Shown in pieces: positions 36,655 to 49,812 of a stretch of 64,000 nt of DNA. The first letter of the stretch is position 1, and each line of letters starts with the position of its first letter. Origin of the DNA: Glaucostegus cemiculus (Eukaryota); NCBI GenBank assembly GCA_976551045.1, contig CDPCPM010000054.1, positions 24,366,001 to 24,430,000 of the forward strand, written 5' to 3'. The notes under the pieces are model-generated. The model worked only from the letters and a program-made list of their open reading frames with translations, made no database searches and was not told the DNA's origin. Made by a program: the position numbers and the translations under genes.

Positions 36655-37826
36655 AAAGTAAATGGTAGAGCCCTAGGCTTAGGGGTACACCCATAGATCC
36701 CTGAATGTGGTAGCACAGGTGGAGAGGGTGGTAAAGAAGGCATATTGGATGCTTGCCTTCATCAGCTGTAGCATATTACAACTTTGTAAAACACTGGTTA
36801 AGCCATGTTTGGAGTGTTGTGTGCAGATCTGGTTGTCACACTATAGTAAGGACGTAATTGCACTGGAGAGGGTGCAGAGGAGATTCCCAGGATTGCAGTC
36901 GCACTTTGGACTTTGAACCAAAGGTTGGAGAGTGAACTGAGGTTGGAAGCCAGTGGGAAGTTCTGAAGGAACTGAGCCAAAGTTGGCAACCATACATTCA
37001 AAAAACATTAACTTTAAAACCTCTGTGAAATCCTGGCCTTCTGACTTGCTGGTTCGGTATCGACATTTTAATGCTAAATTAAACAATTGGAGGTCAGGAT
37101 ATTGTCAGGATTGGAGCATTACAGTTATGGGGAGAGATCAGATAGGCTGGGTTTGTTTTCCCTGAAGCAGAGGAATGACTTGTTAGAAGCATATGAAATT
37201 ATGAGGGGCATAGACATTGTTAGATACCCCACAGTCTTTCTCCCATGGTGTGGTTGTCTGAAACAAGAAGGCATAGGTTTAGAACATAGAACATAGAACG
37301 TAGAACAGTACAGCACAGCAATAGGCCCTTTGTCAAACACAATGCCAGATTGAATTAAATCTTTTTAGCCTGCGCATGATCCATATCACTCCATTCCCTG
37401 CATGTTCACATGTCTACATAAAAGCCTCTTAAATGTCACTGTCATATCTACTTCCACTGTTACTCCTGGCAGCCTGTTCCAGGCACCTACTACTCTTAAT
37501 GTAAAAAACTTGCCCCACATATCTCCTTTAAACTTCCCCTCTCACTTTAAATGTTTAAGGTGAGAGTTAGGATGTTTAAAGGGGATCTGAGGGGACATTC
37601 TTTCACAAAGAGAATAGCTGGAATCTGGAATGCTGTGTCTGAGAAGAAGGAGGCAGATTCTCTCATAAAATTAAAGAAATATCTGGACAAGCACCTGAAT
37701 CGCCAAGGCATAGAAGGCTACAGACCTAATATGTGAGTAAATGCAATCAGTATAGATGGGTGCATGGCCTGTGTGGATGTGGGAGGCAGAATGGCCTGTT
37801 TCTGTACTTTACAACTCCATGACTCT
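36655..37826 (+). mobile_element. CR1-type LINE 3' portion, interrupted twice (36894-37094 and 37281-37550)
   Basis: VERVVKKAYWMLAFI...ECCVQIWLSHY.KDVIALERVQRRF | RLGLFSL...AYEIMRGID | FKGDLRG.SFTKRIAGIWN; CR1 tail. Confidence 0.85.
37281..37550 (-). mobile_element. CR1 3' fragment nested in opposite orientation within CR1
   Basis: (agaacat)n tail then acagtacagcacagcaataggccc; host ggcataggtttag | gtttaaggtgagag resumes after it. Confidence 0.85.
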
Positions 37827-38299
37827 ACAGAACTTCAACGCCACAGTAAATCTGCTGATTAACAGACCAGAAGCAAAGAGAAATAATTCAACAACATATG
37901 TATCTTTCTTAATGGCAAGCTTCCCGCCAAGAATCACATAAAAGGAAGTAGAATCTTAGAGTGAAGACATGGAGTGTTGGCATTGAAGTTTCAGAGACTG
38001 AAGAGTAATTTTATGAATTCGCCTGTCTTTCCTTCAGTATTTTTTATAATACATTTTTGTTTGAAATTTCAAATGCAGAGTAAACTAAAATCAGCAACAG
38101 AATTTATTAACTCATGTTTTTATTCAGCAGTTTGTTAAGCAACTCTAGCTAAACAATAATGATTGAAACAAAGGCTTGATGTAAGGAAGTAAACTTCCCA
38201 TTAGATATATTCAACTGGCTAGGCTGCATCTGTGGGGAGAGAAAGAGTTAATGTTTCAGGTTAGTGACCTTATATTAGAATTTCCTGCTTGATCTGCCA

Positions 38300-38565
38300 A
38301 GATCAGCATCCTTCATTCTGATGTTGTATGTTCTCCCTGTAACCATGTGGTTTCCTCCCACATCCCAAAGATGTGTGGGTTGGTTGGTTAACTGGCCACT
38401 GTAAATTGCTCCGACTATGCAAGTGAGTGGTAGGATCTGGGAGATGTTGATGAGAATCTGGGGAAAATTTTTAAAAATGGGATTAATGTAGGATTAGTGT
38501 AAATGGGTGGCTGATGGTTGACATGGACAGTGGGCTGAAGAGCCTGTTTTCATGCTGTATCTCAT
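38300..38565 (+). mobile_element. HE1/V-SINE-like body and tail (head lost)
   Basis: gttctccctgtaaccatgtggtttcctcccacatcccaaag...gggctgaagagcctgttttcatgctgta. Confidence 0.8.
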
Positions 38566-39002
38566 GGCTAGTTGACTCTACTAAGAGATGGCCTTATAAC
38601 AGCTCGATCTGAGTTTGAAAGTGGGAGGCAGATAAAGAGAGACTTGCACATACAATATGCCCTTCAGGATTTCAAAACACTTCACAGATGATGAACCAAT
38701 TTTGTTGTTGTAGTCACTGTTATAATCTTGGAAGCCCATTGACACACAGTTCAGCCGAGTGCCTTAGTACTTGTCCTGGTTCAAGAGGCGGGTGCTGGAG
38801 CAAGGGGGAGGGGGGTGGGGTGTTCAATCCCAAGAATGGTTAGTGACTGCAAAATCCATTCATATGAAATTTATGCAGCCCATTTTAACATAATGTCCAT
38901 CCCTTGTCTTGTTCTTGCCCCATTCTCCCAGTGTTGAGAAATTACAAGTGTTATTTAACAGTTATTGCCACATTTGACATGTTTGTTGTTATTTTTGGAC
39001 TT

Positions 39003-40400
39003 AGAATCATAGAAACATATAGCACAAAAATGAGTCCTTTCAGCCTACCCCATATATTGCTGACCATGACGCCTATCTACACTAATCCCAATTGCCCATA
39101 TCCCTCTACACCATTCCTATCCAAGTACCTGTCCAAATGCATTTTAAACTTTGTAATTGTAACTGCCTCTAACACCTCCTCTGGCAGCTTGTTCAACATA
39201 TCCACCGCTCTCTGTGTGAAAATCTTGACCCTCAGATCTCTTTAAATATCTTACCCCCCCACCCCCCAGATTAAACCTGTGCCCTCTAGTGCTAGATTCC
39301 CTTGCCCAGGGAAAAAGACCCTGACTATCTATCCTATTTTTTCCCCTCATAATGTTATACACCTCTGTACGATCACCCCTCAGTTTCCTACATTCCAGTG
39401 AGCATAAACCCAGCCTATCTAATATTTCTTTATAACAATCGCCCCCTATTCCAGACAACATCTGGGTAATTTTCTTTAGTACTCTCCCTATAGTTCCCAT
39501 ATCCTTCCTGTAGTGCAGTGACCAGAACTAAACACAATACTCCAAGTGTGATCCAACCAGTGTTTTGTACAGCTGCAAGATGATGTCCCAACTCTTACAT
39601 TCAATGCCTTGGTCTATGAAGGCAAGCATAGCAAAAGTCTTCTTCACCACCTGACCAACCTGCATCACCACTTTCAGCGAGCACTTGGTCGTGCACCCCA
39701 AGGTCCCTCTGTATCTCAGCACTCTAAAGTCCTTGCCCTTTACTATATATGTCCTATCAGAATTTGACTTCCCAAAGTGCATTACTTCACACACATCTGG
39801 ATTAAATTCCATCTGCCACCGGACCCCCCTGGCATCTCAGCTGATGTATATCCCACTGAACCCTAAGACCACTTTCTTCGCTATCAATAATTTCACCAAT
39901 TTTTGTGTCATCTGCAAACTTACTTACCAGGCAACCCACATTGTCATCCAAGTCACTTATATATATGAAAACAACACAGGTCCCAGCACCAATCCCTGCG
40001 GTACACCCCTTGTCACAGATTTCCAGATAGAAAAAAAACATCCACCACTACCCTCAGCCTCCTTTCACCCAGTCAGCTTTGGATCCAGTTTGCCAACAGG
40101 TCCCATGCCTCTTAACCTTCTTGCCCAACCTACCATGTGAGACCTTGTCAAAAACCTTACTGAAATCCACATATCTATTGTCCTGCCTTCATCAATTTTC
40201 TTAGTTACCGTCATATAAAATGCAATCAGATTTGTGAGACATGATCTCCCCTGCACAAAGCCATACTGTCTCCTCCTAACCAGTCCCTGCCTTTCTGGGT
40301 GAACATAAATCCTGCTCCTCAAATTATTCTCCAACAACTTCCCTACCACTGGCTAAAGTTTTCAGGCTTTTTTTCTATTGCCCTTTATGAACAAGGCGGA
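39003..40400 (-). mobile_element. CR1-type LINE, decayed RT domain to 3' tail
   Basis: QYGFVQGRSCLTNL, YISDLDD..SKFADDTKIG, MEFNPDVCEVMHFG, HLEYCV, RKLRGD..VYNIMRG in shifting frames. Confidence 0.93.
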
Positions 40401-40499
40401 CAATATTAGCTATCAACCAGTCACATGTTGCTAACTCTTCAATCAACATTGTGACACCTATCCTCATAAACTCTTTTGATCCTACAAAGCTTTGCAATG

Positions 40500-40645
40500 T
40501 CAAAGTAAAATACCGCAACTGCTGGAAATCTGAAATTAAAGCACAAAATGCTGGAAAAACTCAGCAAGTCAGCCAGCACCTACAGAGAGAAACAGAAACA
40601 GTAAGCATTTCAGCTTGATTTCCTTTCAACAGAACTGGGAATGGT
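40500..40645 (-). mobile_element. Older Penelope-like terminal-repeat fragment
   Basis: ctgctggaaatctgaaattaaagcacaaaatgctggaaaaactcagcaagtcagccagcacctacagagagaaacag; similar pieces at 38220-38285 and 62695-62775. Confidence 0.55.
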
Positions 40646-42384
40646 TAAAAATGAAACAAGTCCCAAGAAGCAGAGAAAGTGGATAACACAGAATAAAGAA
40701 CAAAAAGAGCTGTGAAAAGGTAGAAGTCCAGAGAGATAAAATGGGATGAAGGTGTATGGGGCAGGATAATGGTCTTGGGGAATGGCTCTGATATATCTTT
40801 ATGCAGCTTGCTGTCAAATTTTGTTTGATAATGCTTATGTGAAGCACATTGCGATGTGTCTTACTTCAGGAGTGTAATATAAATGCAATTGCGGTAATAG
40901 TTGGAAGGGAGCACCAACAGGAGTTTGCTCCTGTGTCTTTGTTGTTTAGTGTAATGTTGATTTAAAAGGAAGGATTGTATTTATATATCAGGGATTAAAT
41001 CTTCCCAACAGGCTTTATGGCCTATGAAGTACTTTTGAAGGAAGTACAGCTACTAATTTATGCACAGTAAACTCCAACAAGTGAAAAAGCAATAAGGATC
41101 AGTTCATCTGTTTGAAGGATGCACATTGGCCAGAATATTGGGGCAGACTCTTCTGCTCCTCTTCTAAGCAGTGACTTGGTATCTTTTGCAAGCATTGGCA
41201 TAGCGTTGTATGTCTCATTCCTGGAGGAGAGAGAAGTGAAACAGAAACTTAAAGGAATGAACAGAAATACATAAAACAAACTTCTATTCTTGTAACTGTT
41301 GATTAAGCTTTTTGCACATGAAGTGTTTCTATAATCTTGTGTTTTAATGGCAAGTAAAATACTATACAATTTCACCAAAATACATACTGTGCATTATGAA
41401 CCCATGAACTCTTTTTCAACTATGCTTTTATCTCTTTTGACTGCTTCCAGTTGGCTGTGTAAGTAATTGTTATACACAGCCTCCAAAGAAGAAAGCATTT
41501 ACATCCTCAAGCCCTCTAAAAATATATAACAAAAATATATATGGTAGCTTCTGAGGTCTTGTAATGTGCTTCAATAGCAAATAGAGCCAAATGGATTGCA
41601 AATAAGTCTGGTTTACAAAATATTCCATCTCTAAATTAAGTAGAACCAGTTTGATCACTAAATTGTTTACCCATCTTTGCTTTATATTCTTCAATGACCT
41701 CGGCCAATAAAAATCTATCAATTCTTGGATCATTTTATGATTACAACACAGAAGGTAGCCATTTGAACTATCACATTTGTGCTGACTCCTTGTATATCAA
41801 CCCTGTTCATCCCTTTTTGCTCCACAGACCTATGTATTAGATTCCCTCGTGCCTATTCTGTTCCTTTTAGAAACTCTGTATTGAGTTGCTTTCCACCATC
41901 CTCATGACAGTGAGATCCAAATCACAAATTCTCAATATCTGAAGCTTTTCCTTGAAGTATCAGCCAGTGAGCATGGCTCTTTACCCTTTATTCTGTCTAA
42001 ACTCGTCATGTTCTCTCAAATCTTCTTCTGGCATTCCTTTCTCAATGGATAACATCCCAAATTCTCCAGCCTGAACTTGTAAATAGAATTCCTCACCCAT
42101 GGATCTGTTCTAGTATTTCTTCTCCACTCCCTTTCAAGGACATCTGCATTCTTCCTAAAATGTTGTGAACAGAATTGACACAATACTCCAATTACCTATC
42201 ATTTCTCTCTCTGTCTTTGATAACAGAAGTCCAGAACTTTCCCCACAACTGACATTAAACTGATTGATCTGTTAAATGGACTATTTAACAGCCCATTAAA
42301 TATTTCACAGAATTTGAGAATGCTTCCAGAATGAAAGGAGGCCTATTGAGTTTGTACCTATTCTTATAATAAGAGCTATCTAGC

Positions 42385-42540
42385 CTCCCTCCTCTCCACT
42401 CTAAGTCCTGATGCAGGGTCTTGACCCAAAACATTGACAATTCCTTTCTTCCCACAGATGCTGCTCAACCTGCTGAGTTGTTCCAGCAGTTTGTTTTTTT
42501 TTGCTCTAAATTCCAGCATCTGCAGTCCCTTGTGTTTCTA
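42385..42540 (+). mobile_element. Penelope-like terminal-repeat fragment with degenerate hammerhead
   Basis: agtcctgatgcagggtcttgacccaaaacattgac...gatgctgctcaacctgctgagttgttccagc...ttccagcatctgcagtc. Confidence 0.7.
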
Positions 42541-42764
42541 TGCAGCTTTCTCTCATCCTTCCTACTTCAATACCTCTTTAAATTTCATCTGCCATCAATC
42601 CATTCCACCAGCTTCTTCTTGAGCCTACCATCATCCTCACAGTTCACCACACTTTCAAGATTTTGGTTTTCTACAAATCTGAAAATTATGTCTGCATATC
42701 CAAATTCGGAGTAAAACTAGGTATGTGAGAAAAGCAAACAATGAACAAAGTGAAAGCAAATAAT

Positions 42765-43060
42765 CTTCTTCCCAGGGAGGCAGTGCTAAAAACAAGAGGG
42801 CATAGGTTTAAGATCAGAGGCAATGGTTTTTAAAAAGGACATCAGGGGCAGCTTCTTCATGCAAGGGGTGGTGCGTATTTGGAATGAGCTGCCAGAAGTA
42901 ATGGTTGAGGTGAGCACGTTAGCAACATTTAAAAGCCATCTAGACAAATACATGGATAGGAGAGGTTTAGAGGGTTGTAGGCCAAATACAGGCAACACAG
43001 TCAGTATGGATGAGTTGGGCTGAAGAGTCTGTTTCCATGTTGTATGACCCTATGACTCTA
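42765..43060 (+). mobile_element. CR1 3' fragment
   Basis: RGSFFMQGVVRIWNELPEVMVE..TLATFKSHLDKYM; tail tatgaccctatgactcta. Confidence 0.88.
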
Positions 43061-45035
43061 CAACCCTTGAGCAATGTCACTGTGTACTTCCCTACAGTCA
43101 GTAAGGCAACCTTTCACCACTACACTCTGTTTCCTATTTCTTAGCCAGTTTTTTTTTAATCCAGACTGTTACATTCCATTTTATTCCATGGCCTTCAGCC
43201 TTGAGGACAACCCAATGTGTAGCATCTTGTCAAGTACCTTGAAAGTCCATATATGTCACCAAATGCATTCCCCTCATCGATCCTCTCTTTTGAACTCTGT
43301 TGACATATTTAGGCTCAAAATGCCTATAAAGATCTCTGCTGGCTTTCACTAATCAATCCACACTGGTCCAAATGACTGCTAATTCTGTCGCTAACAATTG
43401 TTTCCAGAACTTTCCCCACAATTGAGATTAAACTGATTGATCTGTTGTTGCTATACCTTTTCGTGAACAAAAGTGCAAGATTTACAATTTTCCATTTAAG
43501 TTCCACCTGAATCTGTGAATGTTTAGAAGATTATGGCCAGGCTTTCTGCAATTTCCTCTCAGCAACTTGCTCTATATCGCACCTGGATGAGGAAGTTTAT
43601 CCACTTAACTTGCAACCAGCCTTTTTGGTATCTCTGCTTTTCCAATTTGTCACCCATTAGAATCTCCACTACCCTCTCCTTTGCTGAACCCCCAGAACCA
43701 TCTTCTTCCTTGGTGCAGACTGCTGTAAAATACTCCACTGGTACCTCAGTCAAATCTTCTGTCTCCAGGAGTAAATTTCCTTATTGGTCTCTGATCGGCT
43801 CCAGTTCTCCCCTTACAACACTTTACCTGCTCACATGCCTATAGAATATATTTAGTTTCCCCTTCTGTTTGCTGCCAGTCTTTACTAATGCTCATTCTTT
43901 GCCTCTCTGATTTTCTTTTGCACTTCCCTTCTGAATTTTCTGTAAATAGCCTGGTTCTCACATGTAGCATCTATCTTATGTTGTTCTTTCTCTCTCTGAT
44001 GTTTTGGCCATCCATGAGCCTCTGGCCTTTGCCTCATGGATTGTACTCAATTTGCAGCTGAAACACCTTAAACGCCTCCCACTGTTCAATTACATTTTTA
44101 GCTCCCAAGCCAATTCACCCAGGACAGACCTATTATTAATCTCAATGAAACTGGTCTTCTTCCAACTGATTACTTATCCTTGAAGTGATCCTTACTCTTT
44201 GCCACAAACATTAAATACTGTACTATCTATATTGTGATCAGTCTTTGCTGGATGCTCTCCCTTTGATATTTGCTCTCTTTGGCCTGACACCTTTCCCAGA
44301 AACTTTCTATCAATGCTGCTTTGTCATTGGGTCAAACATGTATAGATAAAGAAAGTTATTTGGAACACATTTCAGAAACTTCACCCCTCTTGTCCTTTAC
44401 GTTATTACTATGTCTATATCTGAATAATTGAAATCTTCCATTCTCACTGCTTTGTGGGTTTTTGTACATGTTTACAAATTCCCTGCAAATTTGCACCTTA
44501 ATATCCTTTCCACAATTTGGTAGTCTTCTGAATAGTCCAGTAGTGTCAGTCTACCTCTATTGCTTCTTAATTTAAAACATATTTTGTCCTTAATTGTTCC
44601 TGGATATCACTCTATCTCTCCAGCATTGTAATATTCTCCTTAATCCTTCTCCTTTCTTCCTGAACACCCTGGTATCCAGGAAGATACTTAGAACCTATAT
44701 TTATCCTCTCTTTAAGCCAGGTCTCGTTCTAGTCACAGCATAATCCCATGTAGTTGGGTATCCCTGTAGCCCACCAATCTTGTTTAGCTAATTGATTCTA
44801 TTTGTGTATATCCTTTGTAACCTATCTTAGATCTTCTTGTAGCCTGTTCTGGTCTGGTTGTAAAAACCTGCTATTTCTTCTTCTTGTGTTATTTATGTCT
44901 CCCAATCTTTAATACACTTTTTTTTCTTTTAAATGCTACCTTCCTCTTTCCAAGCTCATATCAAATTAGTTTAAATCTCTCATCTCAACACAGCAAACCT
45001 TCCAGCCATGTTGAGATGCAATCTTTCTGGTATGT

Positions 45036-45260
45036 AGAACATAGAACATCATAGCACAGTACAGGCCTTTTGGCCCATGATGGTGTGCCAACATTTTATC
45101 CTGCTCTAATATCTATCTAACCCTTCCCTCCCACATAGCCCTCCATTTCTCTATCATTCATGTGGCTATCTCTTAAATGCCCCTACAACCTCTGCTAGTA
45201 GTGCATTCCATGCACCCACCACTTTCTATGTAAAAAAAACTTACCCCTGACATCCCCCAT
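45036..45260 (-). mobile_element. CR1 3' tail
   Basis: agaacatagaacatcatagcacagtacaggccttttggccc...cattccatgcacccaccactttct. Confidence 0.8.
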
Positions 45261-45504
45261 AAGTTGGTCTTTCTAGATCCTATCTCCCTCAAAACTGGAC
45301 CAAATGCTCCAGGAATAAAAAACTGCACCATCTTTATTGACTACAATACTCATGGCACTAGAAGAAATCTGGATGTTCCAACCTTTGGGGGTCCTGATTC
45401 TTAATCACTTTGCTAACTTCTTAGGACCTACCTACTGGTACTGATATGGACCACAGCTTATGGCTGTTCATCATCCAGAATATGTTTGCAGTCATACTGT
45501 AGTA

Positions 45505-45855
45505 TCATTGAGTCAGCACAGAAACAGGCCCTTCAGTCCATTGAGTCTGTGTTGACCATCAACCACTCATTTACTTTAATCCTACCCTTACCCATTTTAT
45601 TCTCTTCACATTCTCATCAACTGCCCCCCCCCATTCAACCACTCACTGATATACCAGGGACAATTTATGGTGGCCAATTAACCTACCAACCCCTACGTCT
45701 TTGGGACGTGGGAGGAAACTGGAGCATCTAGGATAAACTCACATCATCACAGGGAGAACATGCAAACTCCACACAGACAACCCTGGAGGTCAGGATCCAA
45801 CCCATGATACTGGAGCAATGGGGCAGCAACTCTGCTAGCTGTGCCACAGTGCTGC
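45505..45855 (-). mobile_element. tRNA-derived SINE (HE1/V-SINE-like)
   Basis: Same family as 12622 and 22410; head ggcagcactgtggcacagctagcagagttgctgcc. Confidence 0.85.
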
Positions 45856-46504
45856 CTTATCCCTGCCATTAGAGGAGGCAATGTACCATCCTGGAATAAT
45901 TTGGTCAACCACAGAGTCAACTGCCTGCTTCCCCAACTGCAGAATCCCCTCTGTCTATTACTCTCTCACTGTACAGTTGAGCCACCCATGGTACCAAGGT
46001 CTTGGCTCTGGCTACACTCCCCAAAGGAATCCTCTGCTCTGTTATTATTCAGAACTAAACACAAGTTACAGTGAAATATGCCCTCGAGTTACCACCCAGC
46101 TGTGTAAATACTACACTGAATTTCCAACTATATATTGCATGGTCACATTCTGAACTAGAGGTTGAACATAAAACCTTTAGACCCTAAACCACACTAAAAT
46201 TTCAGATGCACAGGTTTCTTCCTATATATAGTAATTACTACAGAAATGTAAATTGGTGCTTTATTGCAGATTAAATTTCAATGCATGTTATTTAATACAC
46301 GTTGAAAATCAAGAAGTCAAAACAGAATCTCTATTAGACAGACTCCAGAAAGATGAGCTAAATGCTGAGTAAATAAGTAAGTATAAGTTATCAACCAAGG
46401 CATGGTCATGTTTTCTGTGAGTTATTTTCACATCATGGATTTGTCTGTAAAATTAAATCAACATTGGCATATTTTCATTACATTTGGTAATTTAGAGTAT
46501 AAAA

Positions 46505-47070
46505 AGTTATACAGTCATACAGCACAGAAATGGCCCCTTCAGACCACTGCATTCATACAGACTTTTTAGACCATCTACACTAATCCTATTTGCCTACAGT
46601 AGATCCGTATCCTTTTATGCCTTGCTTGTTTAATTATCTGTCTAAATGTCTCTTAAATGTAGTGATTGTATCTGATTCCACCATCTCCTGTGGCAGTGAG
46701 TTCCAGATATCAACCACTCTCTGTGTAAAAAAAAACTTACCTCTCAGATCCCCTTTAAAACTCCTTTTCACCTTAAACCAAAGTCCTCTTGTTTTTGATA
46801 CCCCTACCATGGAAAAAAGATTCTGACTATCAATCTATCTTGTTTATGAGAAACTATGTCTTTCATAATACTTATTAAGTTACTCTGAGCCTGCATCACT
46901 CTAGGGAAAACAAGCCCAGCCAATCCAATCTCTCCTCATGACTAAAGTCCTCCAATCCATGCAACATCCTGGTGAATCTCCTCTGCACTCTTTCCAGTGT
47001 AACCACATCCTTCCTTTAGTGTGGTGACCAGAACCGAACACAATACTCCAAGTGCAGCCTAACCAGTGAT
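46505..47070 (-). mobile_element. CR1 3' fragment
   Basis: Minus strand cacttggagtattgtgttcggttctggtcacc...ttacacagagagtggttgatatctggaactcactgcc; CR1 tail. Confidence 0.88.
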
Positions 47071-47552
47071 TTTTTTTCTGTCATGTAAGGACAGGTGTGG
47101 TCTCATGTTATACATTCTGTTGTTCAGCAATGCATAAATCTAGATTCTACATATCCTCTTTAAGATCATTCATTCTGATCCTCTAAATGATAAATAATAA
47201 AGCCCATTGGTGGATAATTTACATGAATGCACATCCTAAGTTCACTATGAAGGAGCATATTTCCCTGTAGAGCAGGCATATTCTCTTGGTCATCACCATG
47301 GTCAGGAGTAAGCAACAGGAAAGAACAGGGGTCCTCTTGTTTTTAAACATGTTCTGCCTCTGTAAGGGTGAACCTCTGCAATAACTAAGACTTCTGATAC
47401 TTATAATTGAAGAACTGAAAATGCATTTTCTAAAGTCTATCCTTGACTTCAATCACTTCTCAGCAAAAACACTGTTCAAAAACTTTATGATGATATTGGT
47501 TATTTCAACAATTCATACTGTTTTGAAGTCCTTTGAAAATGGGTTGGATTGA

Positions 47553-48672
47553 CTGGTGCAAAAGGTGAGGACCCATGGGATCCAAGGCAAATTGGTAAAC
47601 TGGATCCAAAATTGGCTTGGCAATAGGAGACAGAGAGTGATGATAGAGGGGTTGTATCTGTGATCTGGATGCCTGACTCAGTGTGTTCCACAGCGATCAG
47701 TGTTGGAACCATTGCTCTTTGAAATATATGTGAACAATTTGTATCTGGATGGAGGAGGCATGGTAAATGAGATAGCAGATGACATGAAGATTGGTGGAAT
47801 TGTTGACAGTGTGGATACAGGGTGGTATTGATGCATTGGTGAAATAGGATGAGAAATGGCAGATGGCGTTTAATCCTGATAAATGTGAGTTGATGCAGTT
47901 TGGGAGTTCTAATGAAGCTAGGACATACACCATGAATGGTGGGGTCCTAAGGAGAAATGAGGAACAGATCAACTTTAGTGTACAAGTCCAAAGATCCTTG
48001 AAGGTTGCAGCGCTGGTGGATAACGTAGTTAATAAAGCAGATGGGATACTGGTCTTCATTAGTCAGGGTAGTGACCACAAGAGCAGGAAGTTTACATTCC
48101 AACTCTGTAAAACATTGGTCAGATTGCAGCTGAAGTACTGTGTACAGTTCTGGTCACCACACTGCAGGACAGATGTAATAGCACTGGAGAGGGTGCAGGG
48201 GACATTCTCCAGGATGTTTCCAGGGATGGAGCCTTTCATTTAGGGGAGACTGGAGAGGCTGGGTATGTTTTCCTTGGGGCAGGGAAGATTAAGAAGGGCT
48301 ATGATTGAGGTATATAAAATGATGTGGGGTATAAGGAGGGTAGACTGCAGGGAACTTTTCCCAAAATCAGAGGTCAATAAAACTGGAAGACATAGATTTA
48401 GGATAAGAGATTTAGAGGGGATCTGAGGCGGACTTTTTTCAAAGAGAGAGCAGTGAGTACCTGGAATGCACTGTGAGCTAGTGGTGGAAGCAGAGTCATT
48501 GACAGCATTTAAGATGGCTACTTGAATCACCCAGGCAGAGAAGGCTACAGGCCAAGTGGTGGAAGACAGGATTAGGAAAGGATTGGGATAGGACTAGGAA
48601 GGGTGCCCATTGGTCGGCATGGGCATTGCGGGCCGAATGGCCTGTTTCCATGCTGTATGAATCTACGATTTT
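47553..48672 (+). mobile_element. CR1-type LINE, RT core to 3' tail
   Basis: IADDMKIG, MAFNPDKCELMQFG, LVRLQLKYCVQFWSPHCR.DVIALERVQ; tail gggccgaatggcctgtttccatgctgtatg. Confidence 0.92.
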
Positions 48673-49812
48673 TTGACACGTGTTAAGATTTTGCATTGAA
48701 AATAAGTCTCCTTGCGACGTTCAGTGAATAGATGCATTGCTGCTGGTTGCTGAAGGGAAGTATCTTGACAAGCGGCGAAAAAACGAGTGCGTCGACAACG
48801 AGTGAAAGCAGCGAGGTCCCTTTAAAGGTCCGGGATGGTTTGCAGTGCGGAGAAACGCCTTTCCAGCAGAGGGCACATTGAGCCCCAAGAATGGGCAGCA
48901 ATACTGACAGGTGAAACTGGCCTCGGAGCAGTCCAGCTCTGGACAGGAACCCCACGATGGCGCAACCCGTTTTATTTTTGTTTCTTTTTAAGAAAATCTG
49001 TTTTTACTTTCAATAATTCTACAAATGATTTTAAGTGCCCGCGGGCTCCACTGCGGCACAGAACCTCCTTCCCGTTCCTTTTCCATGGAATCCCCATTAA
49101 TTACTCATCTCAACAATTTGATGGGAGTTTAATTGGATCTAGACTGCAGCGGAGGCGTACGGTGTACAAGACTTAGTACAGATTTGCGCCCTATCCTCCA
49201 ACCAGCGAGAGACACCGGCCAGTTAGACCCACCTTCCCTGAACTAAAGCAACACATCAAGGCCTCTCTCCCGCTCTAATGAAGAGAAAGGGAGGTGCACA
49301 TACACACAAAAAAGTTTCAGTGTCTCCTTATCTATTTTCCTTCTCCCTCCAATTCAGCGTGTGGGATTGTGTTTCATAGAAAGCCGGTCGGTGACTGAGC
49401 CACTGTGTGGGAACACCACGGCATCGGAAGGAGTAGCCTCCGGAATGGAGCGGGCAGACAATGTGGTTTTCAAATGTCAAATATTTTCTATCGGGTATTC
49501 GGGTGCCGAACATTTTCACAGTAACTCGCACCTCTGTAGGTGTAAAACTAGGACTGGACGATCTTAATTATCTAATAAAGTTATTGGAACTTCTGTCAGA
49601 CTATCATCTCCCATTCTAAAAGCAATTAATGAGTGGAATGCAATCCTAATCCTACAGAGAGATTGTGTCTCCAGTAACCAGGGAACAGAACTATCGGCCG
49701 TGCAACACACATTTTCATTCTGTTTTTGGCAATTGATAAGAAACCTGCCTAGTCCATTACTTTTATGTTCAGATGTATCCTGATTTAAGAATAAAAGTTT
49801 GTTCTAAGGCAA

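Larger units (their letters stand above)
41740..44900 (-). mobile_element. Old, heavily decayed long CR1 relic (host for younger inserts)
   Basis: RSISLISIVGKVLETIVSDRISSHLDQCGLISESQ (ORF 43324..43506), EYFTAVCTKE; CR1 3' remnants near 41750-42200. Confidence 0.6.

Noticed and set aside
35267-37094. Single DNA transposon with ~200-bp TIRs
   Set aside because: Outer flanks are unrelated (SINE head versus CR1), there is no TSD around the whole, and the CR1 continues across the right arm
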